Positions 1-11,638 of a DNA stretch of 64,000 nucleotides are shown in pieces. Both the position numbers and the translations under genes were made by a program. The stretch lies in assembly GCA_001643675.2 (NCBI GenBank), contig LSRY02000035.1, forward strand, positions 496,001 to 560,000. The letters are read 5' to 3'. Numbering within the stretch: the stretch's first letter is position 1; each line of letters starts with the position of its first letter. The notes below the pieces were generated by a model that was not told where the DNA came from, did no database searches, and saw only the letters and a program-made list of their open reading frames with translations. This DNA comes from Monocercomonoides exilis PA203 (lineage: Eukaryota; Protista; Preaxostyla).

Positions 1-1600
1 ATCTGCTCCAATCCATGCAGCCCCAGCCTCTTTATCACGCTCTCACATTCTTCATCTCTATCACCTGCACCGCCCCTCACTCCCTCTTTTCCAAATGGAT
101 CCTCAAAATCTCGAATAATCAAATCTCTGCTTCTTCCCCTTTCGCTTTGCAAAGCCCTTTCCCCACCCTCTTTCTCTTCTCTTTCTCCTCTTTTCTCTCT
201 TTGCACCCATCCGTCTTTCCAGCTGTCCCATGTTAACTTATCGAATCCTGTTTCTTCTTGTCCTCTCACACTTGGCATCTCGATCGTTTTTCTATCCAAA
301 TGCATATTCTTCTCAAAAGAATCCTCTTCTTTTCCTCTCGCGCCTGCCACATGTGAAATTCCCTCTCCATCTCTACACATCAACTTACTGCCCTCCTTAC
401 AACTTGGTGCGTACAGTCCCCATCCCAAGCAACTCCATTGCATTGCCCCTCTAAAATAACTCTCTCTCTCAAATGGTTCGCATCGACAATTCCTCTCACC
501 ATTCCTTCCCCCTGAACCTGCACTCCATGGCAGCTCTCTTTCAAATAATTTCACTTCCTCATGCCTCTCATCCACCTCCTTTTCAATTTCCCCCTTCGCC
601 AACTCCAATCTTTCTTTTCTGTTTTCTTCCTTTTCTTCTATCTCTTCTTTCTCTCCTGTTTTATCCTCTCTTTCCCAACTTTTCTTTTTCAATTTCTTCT
701 TCTTTCCCATCCCAATCCATTTCTCCATCTCTCTCTCGTCCATTTCCGTCTTTTCACTCTCCTCGTTCTCTTCTGCGCTCTCTTCACATTCCAAACCCAT
801 CTTTTCTCTCATTTCTCTTTCCGCAAAATCCCACATTTCTGCTTCTTCCTCTCCCATCCACTCCTTCCTAACCCACACCCCAAATACTCTTGCAAACAAC
901 TTTGCCTCCTTGATCTGCTTCCGGTTCACTGCTTTCCTTTCTTTCTCTCTTATTTCCTTCATTCTTCTCTTCCTTGAGCAGGCTTCTTCTTTATATTCAT
1001 CATAATTTCTCAATCTCTTTTCCTTCTCCACCTCATCCATATCTGTTTCATCTTCCATGCTCACTTCATCCTCTCTCTTTTTCAAATTCATGTCTTCTCT
1101 TTCCCATCGCTTCACCATTTCCAACCTCCCCGCCTCTCTCATATCCTCCTCCTTCCTTCCAGATAGATCCATCTCCATTTCTCTGCTTTTCCAATATCTC
1201 ACATCTTCAAATCCTGTTCCTATCCTTTCTTTCAAACAGAGAGTTTTATCTGCTGCATCCTCTCCGATTTGCAGAATTCCTCCTGCACGCTCCGAGCTCT
1301 TCCTCAAATCTCTTTCTTCCAGAGAAATCCTTTCAGAACATAATGTTTCTGACCCCCTGAAACTGTGACCAATTGCATCGCTGCCTGGTTCAAATGCAAG
1401 CTTGCTCCTATGGTCTCCTTGTCCCATCTTAAAGTTTTGAGACGCACAGCTCAAAATTTCGCTGTTTCCATTCATCCAGCTCCACCCAAAGGGGCCCGAT
1501 GATCTGTCTCCACTCCTTGCAGTGCACGACATGCAAATATCCAATACATTTATGGGTAATGTTGCGCTTTCCATTGTTCCCAATTTCCTTTTCAAAAATG
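1..1600 (-). CDS. Glu/Lys/Arg-rich hypothetical protein, 3' end runs off the window
   Basis: Hand translation of the minus strand is open from a TTTTCAG acceptor near 1601 (first ATG at 1574: MESATLPINVLDICMSC...MGQGDHRSKLAFEPG...) to at least ~180 and apparently to the window edge. It is absent from the ORF track, as expected for an ORF running off the edge. No domain recognised. Confidence 0.65.
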
Positions 1601-2051
1601 ACTGAAAACACAAATTGAATAAAAAATCAAGCACAACCACGCACCACATCCACAAAATAAAGCAGATACTCTGTTAATGCGTTGAACTTATATTATTAGC
1701 AAACATGTTGCTGCGGCTCCCACGGAGATTGTTCGGTGAAGCTCGCCACATCCATTTTCTTAAAACTGAAAACTTGAAAAATAATTATGGGTATCAAAAA
1801 ATTCTTGTGGAATAAGTTATTGTTTCAATTGTGAGTACTGTTTTCATTTGTTTCGAATTCGAATTGAATTCTTTCTCGAAATACATGAAAAGAGGATTCC
1901 ACCATTTCTTTTTTCTTTTTTTTTTATTGAAAATAAAGGACTTTTCATATTCTTCAAAAGACAGATTTTATTTTGCAAGGCGAAAAATAAAGAAAAAAAG
2001 ATTTTTGTTTTAAAAAGTCAATTAGTTTCATTTATTCAAACATTTACATTT

Positions 2052-3398
2052 TCACTCCAAAACCGTTGAAAAATAAACAAAGTTATTATAACCAAAAAAA
2101 GAAAGAATTTCACCTAAGCTGATAATGATATCTTCAAACCCATCTTCTTCCATCTTTTCATATATCTTCAATTTCGTTGTTTCTCTTTCTTCATTGCTTC
2201 TTTCATTGTTCACCTTTTTTTTCAATTTTCCGAAAAGTTCAGGGAAAAAATCCAAACTTTGATACGCCACACCCTTGTTCAATGTTGGCCGCAGAAATTC
2301 CTCCAAAAACAGGTCAATGACTCCTTTCTTCAGCAAGCAATCAATATCAACATTTTTCGTTCGTGTGATATCCAAAAGCAGAGAAGAACATTCCTCGAAT
2401 ATTTCGCTTTCGTTCTCTCTTGCCGCTCTGCTGAGACAGACATTGCAACATATCAGCTCAGAGAATTCATCCTTCCACGTGCGGGAATTCCATGTCAATC
2501 GTTTGATCATTTGAATCCATTTCAATATTATCTGCACTTCTTTCGTCTTCTCCAATTCCTTTTCAGTCTTCCCCCAATCAACACACTTTGCCAGCTCTTC
2601 CATTTCTCTTGATGCTTCTCTAAAAAAATGAAGCTCATTCACAATTATTTCTTCCAACTCTCTTTCTTTGTGCTGCCTGTTTGTATAAAACTGCCAAATT
2701 GACTGATATGCAAGTCTTGTCAAGTTGTGGTGTTCTTGATGATATTTGATGATTTCTATCGCACAGTTTTGATACAGTTTTTTATTTATTTCCTATTTTT
2801 TAAAAATAGAGATATCATCAATAAACTCGATTGACATTTTAATAAAAAATAACATGGATACCTGATGTTTGTCAATGTTGCTCAAAGCAATTAAAGCTGT
2901 TTCTTTCTCCTTTTGTGCATCTTCGCTTTCTTCTTTGTTTAATGCAATTTTCAGGTGACGAGGAATACAAATATTTTGTAACTTTTCTGAAATATAACAA
3001 TCTTTATGCAACAAATAGCATTCGCACAAATCAACAAGAAATTTTTCATTCACTTCTTCTTTTTTCTTCTCTTCGTCAACAATCATCTTTCGAATTCTTT
3101 TATTCAGTTGCGATTCATCAAAAGAATAAAACTTGAAATTATTTAATTCTTTAAAATATCCCGCCTGTCTCAAAAACAAAAAAGTGTTTTCGAATGACAA
3201 TTTGTCTTCTTCAATCATTTTGTTAATCTTGTTGAATGTCTCTTTCGAAAAAACACAATCCAATTCTTTTTTATACATTTTCGCAATCAATTTATTCATT
3301 TCTTCAATTTTGACTTTCTGCTCATCTTCATTGTAATTTCCCAGCTCAAAAAGCAATTCTTCAAAAAATTTCAATTTAATAAAAAAAGAACTTGCCAT
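2052..3398 (-). CDS. Lineage-specific expanded-family helical protein, 2 exons (intron 2793-2861)
   Basis: ORFs 2793..3509 and 2052..2723 join in frame across a GTATCC...AAATAG intron, giving ...LSNIDKHQ|EINKKLYQNCAIEIIKYHQEHHNLTRLAYQSIW. I recall this motif from a multicopy Monocercomonoides family. Start codon uncertain (ATG 3398 or further upstream). Confidence 0.7.
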
Positions 3399-4470
3399 TT
3401 CTAAAAAAATAGATAAAATGAGCAAACTTGAAAACTTGTCAAAAAGAGGCATTTCTTGAATCTCTTTTTTACGCCCAACGCTTCCACATGCATCCATTCT
3501 GAAAATCATAATAACGCAATTTATATGAGTGAATCATCAAAATTCACAGAATAATCCACAAATGCAAACATCATTCGTTATTTTTCAAAAGGTTAAGAAT
3601 ACTGTATCTACGCAAAGTGCTTTTGCTTTATAAAATGGAATGTAATAGGGAGCACAATCAAATAATTTTGATTGTCTGTTTAAGGCCAGAAATGCAACTC
3701 TTTTGATTCAATTTGATCAAACCAATAGAAAAAATTGATAAGAATTTTTGAAAAATGTTTCATATCATTTTTTTTTTAATTGATATTTCTTTGCATAAAA
3801 AATGGTTTCAATTTCAAACGCAAAATTTGATTTTGAATCATTAAAAAAATAAAGCAGTCTTGCTTTCTCTTTTTTAAAGCTATCTTTCTTTAATGTGAAA
3901 TGATTACGCAAAAAAAAGACAATTAGCAATTCTTGAATCTCGACACATATTATTTTTATCATATCCGCTAGAATTTGAACAAACTCAATGAGCAGAACAA
4001 AATAATAGATAATTATCGAAGGGAATTGCAGATAAACAAAAAAGACAAAGAAAAAAAAATGTTAGATAGACAACGTGAATTCAGTGAGAGAAAAGAAAAA
4101 ACATTGAGAGTTTTCAGGACTAGTGCTTTATTGTGGTTGTGCTCCATCATCTTCTTCTATTTAAATTTCAGTTCACATTGAAATGCATCAAGTGAATGCA
4201 TTTGTTATTGGATCAACGCTCTGAGAAAATATTATCGATAGAAAAGATGAATATCAACTCAGTTGATTCCGCTGTTTCTTTTTTATTTTAAAAATCATGT
4301 TAAAAAAACATTTTAACAACCTCGGTGATCCAAATTCAGAGGAAAGAAAGAGATAAAAAAAGAGATGAGAAAGCGTGAAGCTGAAAAAAACAAAAAAGAA
4401 AATTTGTCTTTGAATTCTATCATTCTCATTGAAAGAGAAAAACACATCAACAAGTTTGGAGAAGTGATAG

Positions 4471-5420
4471 GTGAGTATTCTCATCGTCACCAAAAATTAT
4501 TTTCATTATCTTCATTTCATTTAAGCTCATAAATCTGTTTCATAGCATAAGTTCAATAAACAAATAAAAATCAAGCTGGACGTCAAATATTTTTTTTAAA
4601 AAAACTTTCTCAGAAAAGCGATTTAATAATTTTTAACTATTATATTTCGATCAATGTTTTGCTCGTATTTTCTTGACTGATTGCTGTTGCGAGTTTTTAT
4701 CACGGAATTCACAAAAACAATTGTATTTTCCGTATTTGTTACTTATTCGTCATATTTTGAACCATTTATTTAAGTGTCTTTTTGCATTTCACCATTTTTG
4801 TTAAAACATGCAAAATCAAGTGAATATGTTTATTTTCTCGATTTTTATGAAGTTGATGATATTTAATAAGTTATTTCAACAACATGTTCTTGATATTGTA
4901 TTATTGCCAATATGTCAATACTATGATAAATGTTTTTCTAAAAAAAAGAATGATCCTTTAATTTCTTTCAAATTTTGAATTAAAGTTCGTTTTCTAAACA
5001 TGTATCATAAACAAAAAAGATAATTTTTCCATCATTTTTTTGACATATTTTGACAAGATAAACATATTCACTTGATTTTGCATGTTTTAACAAAAATGGT
5101 GAAATGCAAAAAGACACTTAAATAAATGGTTCAAAATATGACGAATAAGTAACAAATACGGAAAATACAATTGTTTTTGTGAATTCCGTGATAAAAACTC
5201 GCAACAGCAATCAGTCAAGAAAATACGAGCAAAACATTGATCGAAATATAATAGTTAAAAATTATTAAATCGCTTTTCTGAGAAAGTTTTTTTAAAAAAA
5301 ATATTTGACGTCCAGCTTGATTTTTATTTGTTTATTGAACTTATGCTATGAAACAGATTTATGAGCTTAAATGAAATGAAGATAATGAAAATAATTTTTG
5401 GGGACGATGAAAATACTCAC
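4471..5420. repeat. Long inverted repeat (363-bp arms, 224-bp spacer); possible foldback/MITE-like element
   Basis: 4471-4833 is the reverse complement of 5058-5420 with 2 mismatches (4480, 4489); 4490-4833 is a perfect match. No ORF and no target-site duplication found. Confidence 0.95.
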
Positions 5421-5491
5421 ATTTGTTAATTCGACAATTCGGAATGAGAGCGATTGATCAAGAAAATAAAGTCTTATCGCTCTTCATCATC

Positions 5492-5792
5492 TTCTCATTT
5501 TCGTTTCAACTTTCAATCAGATATGAATGCTCTTTCCTCCTAATTCTTTTCTTCTTCTTCATTGTTATCATTCTTTGCCTTTCTCTTCATTCCTTTTGTT
5601 TCTTCTTTTTTTTCACGAGAACACTTGTTTCATCCATTTCATCTCAAAATGCAATTCTTCAATATCTCAATCAAATTCCATCTCTTTCTCTTCCTTTTTC
5701 TTCCTTTTTCTGTTTTTATCTGCATTTTCCTGTTGACTGAGGACGAGAAGATGTCTCTCTCGCATTCTTTTTTTGCAAATCAACAAAAAGTT
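5492..5792 (+). repeat. Dispersed repeat segment A, copy 1
   Basis: TTCTCATTTTCGTTTCAACTTTCAATCAG...GAGAAGATGTCTCTCTCGCATTC is nearly identical to ~14839-15139. Confidence 0.9.
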
Positions 5793-6280
5793 TTTTTTCA
5801 ATAACATTTCCTCAACAGCTGCCATGCTATCACATTCCAAAGGTACTAAGCCGGAACTCTTGTACCAAACCCTTCCCCTATCTATGAAGTTTTCTCTTGT
5901 TCTTCATTATTTTTGACGATTGAAATATTAACATTTCTGAAACAATTGAAATTACCAAAAATTATTCAAGAATAACAATTGTTCTTTCTCATCATGTTTC
6001 CTTTCAGATGAATGTTGCGATATCTTCTTTTTTTCAAATGTGTGATTATTTTTGAAATCATTTCTTTTTTCTGTGTGTTGATTTTTCAAAGGTTGTTTGT
6101 CATTGAATTTTGAATTTGTATTTTAAATGATTAATTTCATTTTAACCACTTCAAAAACAAATGTTTAAGATAATATAAAGATGTAAATATTTTTTATAAG
6201 CCTTTTCATTTTTTGCTATTCTTTAGTTAATATTCAAGTGAAATTTTCTAATCGAAATTTTAAATTGAAATAATATATTA

Positions 6281-8432
6281 CAGTCTGTCCCTAAAAAATG
6301 TTGATCTGTCCTTTTTTAATGTTGAGCATCCCGCAATAAATAAAAATTAAATTTCCCACATTCGCCTATCGTCATAATTAACATTTTATTAGCAAGGGGT
6401 TTAACACTGTTTCAAGAATAAAAATAAGATTTATTGAGTTTTTATGTATTTTTCTTTAAATATATCAAGGGATGTTTGATTGCAATAAAATATTTATTCA
6501 GCTTTATCACTTTTGTTGTTTTTTAAGTTTTATTGTGTATGAATTACCAACTCACTTTTTTTGAGTTATATTTTGATTCATAGGAAAGATAATTTCTATA
6601 GAACAATCTGAAAATGCAGATATTCTTTTTTTTCATATTTTTCTCAAATAATGAATCAAGCGGATAAAAATTTCGTGAAAAAAGGAAAGCTGTGCAATTA
6701 TTTTTAAAACTGAATGATAAATTGAATCTTTGTATTTTGAAACAATTTTCAAAACAATTCATTATTCTCATTTAAATAAACAGTTCATCATTTTTATTCT
6801 TTTTGATTGACAGCCTTTAATGACATTATGATATGTGAATGTTTGAGAATTTTTCACTTAATTTTGTAAAAAAAAAAAAAAAATAACTAAATAGAACAAA
6901 CAAGCCAATTTTCTTTGTTATTGATAAAGATCGTTGATTGAAATAAAGGAAATATCAACAAAATGAAATGATATCAAAAAATAATTAATATCAATACAAT
7001 TAATATCTATCTTTCGTGTAGAAATGAAGAACAAATATATAAGCTTTAACTTTTATGTCAAAGATCTTTCTTTTCAAAAACCAGCAGCCATATTTCATTC
7101 TCAACATTAGCAATGGTTTTTCGCACTTCTCTTGCCGTAATATCTTTGAAGGTTTCAACAAGCACAGTAATAAAATGATTTTCTCCTTTCCATATGAAAG
7201 AACTTTCTTCAGCTCTTTTTTTCCAATGACCAAAACGTTTTTTATTGGATTTCGTATAGGTGAATATGCGGCATTGAATAGTACATGATGACTGGCGTCC
7301 ATTATTATTGCATCTGTGCTAAGATGATGAATTGAAGCGTTATCCATCACAATAATCGATGATCCATGAACTTTTATTGATTGCAAAAATCTATTAATGA
7401 ATGCTTCAAATATTTCATGACTTATTGATCCTCTGATAACTTCGGAATATCCCATTCCTGATTGAGATATGGATGTGATGGCAGTGAGTGACTGATGAAC
7501 TGGTGGAGGAGGAATTAGAAACTTCTCTCCAACTTGGGATCATCCATATTTTATGACGCATTCTTCATTCCAAGATGTTTCGTAGATATAAAATATCATT
7601 GTACCATCCATTTGATATTCGTTGAGTTTTTCTATGAATTTTTTACGGAGAATTTTATTTCTTTCCGAATTAGCTGCGGATTCTCTCTTTGTTATTTTTT
7701 TGAAGGCAAAAATAGGATATTTTTGAATCTCTTAATTTTTTTCTGTTTGCATACGGTTTATTGTTGATTTCCCAATCGTGCTTCCATGATTTGACAATTC
7801 AGATGCAATTCACCTCACTGTGTTCAAAGGATTCTGCTTCATATTTTCCCTAACAATTGATTGATATTGTTCGTTCTCGTCCTTTTTCTTTCTTCCTTTT
7901 TGATGCAATGGAAGTGTGATGTCAATTCACGCTTTCAATTTCAACAAGAACCTAGCTGAAGTAATTGTTGTTAATGCGCATTCATTCGCGTATCATGTTT
8001 CGCTCTTTTCCTGACCATGGGTTTGAATAAGAATAAATAATTTTTTTCTTTTCACATCAGTTGCATTTGTCTAAGGATTTTTCGTTTTTCGATTCTCATG
8101 AATTTCAGCATTTCTCAGATTTTCGATTTTCTTTCTTCTATCTTCCTCAGCTCTCATTGCTGCTCTCATCTTAATTGTTTGATGAATGCGTTCTTCAAAA
8201 GGATGAACAGCAGGTAAAGAAACTTCACTAACTCTAAACTCTGAAATGTTTGGAACTGATTCTATTATTTTCTTTCTCTTTTCGACCGTTCAAGCATCCA
8301 ATAATACAATATTTTCCATGTTATGAAAATGTTAATTATGACGAAAGGCGAATGTGGGAAATTTAATTATAATTTGTTGCGGGATGCTTAACATTTAAAA
8401 AGGACAGATCAACATTTTTTTGGGACAGACTG
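6281..8432 (-). mobile_element. Tc1/mariner (IS630/DDE_3-type) DNA transposon, decayed
   Basis: ~107-bp imperfect TIRs: CAGTCTGTCCC... at 6281-6387 and ...GGGACAGACTG at ~8326-8432. TA on the left flank, TG on the right. Minus-strand transposase relic at ~8319-7000 with IIVMDNASIHH and YSPIRNPIKN; first D reads YIYETSWN; stops and frameshifts. Confidence 0.9.
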
Positions 8433-8973
8433 TGTCAAAAATAATCACTCATAAGTTGGATATTTTTCCAAAAATTTGAAGAGAAAATAATTTTTATGAT
8501 CCAAATCAGTATATATTCACTTAACATCAAATTGTGCATCTAGAAAGCATTGCATGTGACAGAAAAAAACAGAATTAACAACGTCTCTATTACACAAGGT
8601 TCGTTCAACAAGAGAATATCGTGAATTCAAATCCCGCTCAAAAAAACAATTTTCAATTCGACATAGTTACATAATAAAATATTAAACAACAATGAAGACA
8701 TAAGTTGTTTTAAAAGATACCGTTAAAAGAAAGATCAACGCATAAAAAGCAGGTTGAGAGGCTGGAAGGAATGGACATCCTAAGGAAATTTCGAATGAAC
8801 AATTGGAAGAAACCGAAAATTATTTTGATTCTTTTGTCAAAACAAACAATTATTCGAATTTGTGATTTGTAAAACATGGAAGGCGGAATAAATTTTCATG
8901 TTTTTTTGACTTTTTTAAAAAAACTTTTCAGTTCGTGAGTCTGATAGAAAATGAGTCAAAATGAAAGAAAAAG

Positions 8974-10440
8974 TTGAAAATAATCTATAAGAAATATGCA
9001 TTCAAATTAATCCAACTCAACGAAATATTGAAAACAGCAGTGACAAGACCAGCAGACGTTGCGAAAATACAAACTCACTCTCCAGAAAATACAAGAAGAC
9101 GGTTTTCGGAATTGTTGGGCACTGTAACGGAATTCAATATCACATCTGCTGATATTTTCAATTTTGATGAATCGTTAATCTCATGTGGTGAATCATTGAA
9201 CAAACTTGTTGTTTTCCTGAAAGGTCAAACTCCTCCTAAAGTTCCCGTTGTTCCGAAAGAACCGAATGCAACTACATGCCTTTGTGTCTGAGCTGACGAA
9301 TCCTCGTTGCCTTGATTTCTTTTTTGGTCGAAGAAAACACTCCTGAAAGAATTTCGTTTTCTTTCATCATTTGACACATGCCATATAAATTCCTCCAACG
9401 GGTATATTGCTTTGAAAATCTTCAAATACATCATGATTAATTACTGGATTCAATTAATCGCAGAAATAGTTAAACAGACAAGTTCTCATCGCGCCCTTCT
9501 ATAAATGGATAATCATTCAACTCACAATGACGACACTGTAATTGATGCAGCAAAAAAAACAACATCATCAGAAAATATTTTCACCAAATACGACACACTT
9601 GCTTTAACGGTGTGACTCATGTGTTTTTTCTCGACTGAAATCCACTTTGAGTAACATATTTTAATTCCTTCTCCATTTCCTCTCCCTTCTAATCGAGCCT
9701 AACTTTCAGAAGTTCTTCTTGAAGTTTTGGCTGCAGCTTGTGTTCCATCAACAGAAAAGGCAGCATTCATTTAGACGGGAGATTAGCCTGTTGCTACACC
9801 TCCTGCTCTCTCTTGAGCTGCTGGAGCGCAGATTGAAACATTAACATTTGTTGGAGTGCTTCATTCTTCATCTCAGGATTGGCGTGAATAACTTTTCTGA
9901 AAATATTCTCAGACAAAAAGGAAAAGTATTTCATATTCTTCAAAAACTGAAGACATTCATTCTGCAAAAATTTCTAACTTGGCAAAATTAACTTCATTAA
10001 ACATATCGAGTTCTTCTTCTTCTCCTTTTGATCACAAATTACATCCAGCAGCAATTTTTAAAGATTAGGTTAGCAGTGATTTGAAAAACAACTTGAAGAT
10101 ACTGAAAAGCGTCTAACTTTTCTTCTATCTTAATATGAAAAAATTGAAAGAAAAAAAGATTATTCAACACCTTCAACAATAAAAGCCAAAAATTCTCGAA
10201 AAGAATTCATCAGTGTTTTGTCAAGTTCTTCTTCAGATGAAAATAAAAGAGATCGAAAACATAAAAAGAAGAAAAAATTAAAAATTTGTGAAATCGTTAA
10301 CGATAACGCGAATAGAGGACGCGACTCAGAGGAAAGAAGAAATATTGAAAAAGAAAAACCAATTCAAATAGTTGTTTCGCTGGCTTTAAAAAAAAAGAAT
10401 TTGAATGCCGCAAAAAAGAATAATTTTTCATTGTCATCGT
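8974..10440 (+). mobile_element. pogo/Tigger-like (DDE_1, CENP-B-related) transposase pseudogene
   Basis: Triad motifs ADIFNFDES (~9148-9174), MDNHSTH (9505-9525) and PNTTHLL*RCD (~9584-9616), with many stops and frameshifts. Element ends not clearly defined. Confidence 0.8.
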
Positions 10441-10778
10441 AGTTTCTTTCTTTCTATCTTTTTTTGAATAATGGAAAAGTTTGTGAACGCAAATCGTGAA
10501 TATTTTATTGGAAAGTTAGTGATTAAGTTATTGCTTTTCTCTGTTCTTGCAACTGTGGGAAAAACACCGTTCAAAGTTGAATTTATGATAAATATTAAAC
10601 AATTAATTTGCTGTTGGATAGCATTCTTAATCTGTCAGTTCATTTCATTTATTCATTCATTTCTTTTTTTGAAGCGAAAATTAAGAAATCAATAGAAAAT
10701 ATTGCAAAAATATGTGTATTCAACAGTTCTGCAAGTGGGCGAATTTGGCACCACGACGCGGGTTAAGCACAGATGGTC

Positions 10779-11351
10779 AATAAATATTTCCTCGTTCATC
10801 AACAATTTCTTATCCTTATTTTGTTTCCTTGACTGATTTCTTAATCTCTGCTCAAAATTGTTCTTTTCCTCTCCATTTTTCTTCATTCTCACTTGCTTTG
10901 CAAATTGCTCATGGGCTCATTCTTCAAAATTCATTCTTCCAAATCCCCATTTTTCTCCAGCCCAATACAAATGCAATGCATTCCTTCAAATATAAAACCT
11001 TTCATTTTGGATTGCTGAGAATGAATTGAAAAGATGAAGGAAACAAATTCACAACATTGATGCAAATGGTTGATACGTTCAATGGAAAAGTCTTCCTTTG
11101 CTTTTTCCCCCTCCATTCTTCATTATTTCTATTTCAATAAACATTCAAAATGCTGAGGAAGATGATATTTTGGATGAAAAAAAATGTTTTTGCTTTCTTT
11201 GATCATGTTGATGATGTTGATGATGATAAAAGAACAAGAAGAACGAAGAAATATCAGATGTGAAATGCTTCTTGTCTATTGACGGTTTTGTGAGAAGAAT
11301 TTGAAATGAGAAATATTTCAAGAATATGAAGAAGAAGATGAACAGGCATTC
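10779..11351 (+). repeat. Dispersed repeat segment B, copy 1
   Basis: AATAAATATTTCCTC...GAACAGGCATTC is nearly identical to ~15207-15781. Confidence 0.9.
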
Positions 11352-11638
11352 GGTTATTGACAAAAAAACTTGCAGAAAGCCTGTTGATAAAAGTCTGAAG
11401 AAGAGAATTTCGCTATGCTTCTCTTTTGTTGTTTGATGAAATACCTCTTTTCAATTTCAGTTGTTAATACAAAGTATCAATTTATCAGACAACTTCATCT
11501 TTATCTTTCACATAGATTTTAAAATGTATTCTGACAATTTCTCTTGCAAGAAACAGAAATATAAATTTATTTTTGAGAAAAAAGAGTGAGAAAAAATAAT
11601 AGTAAGGTTATGATCTTTTTAAAAAGAAAAAGAATCAA

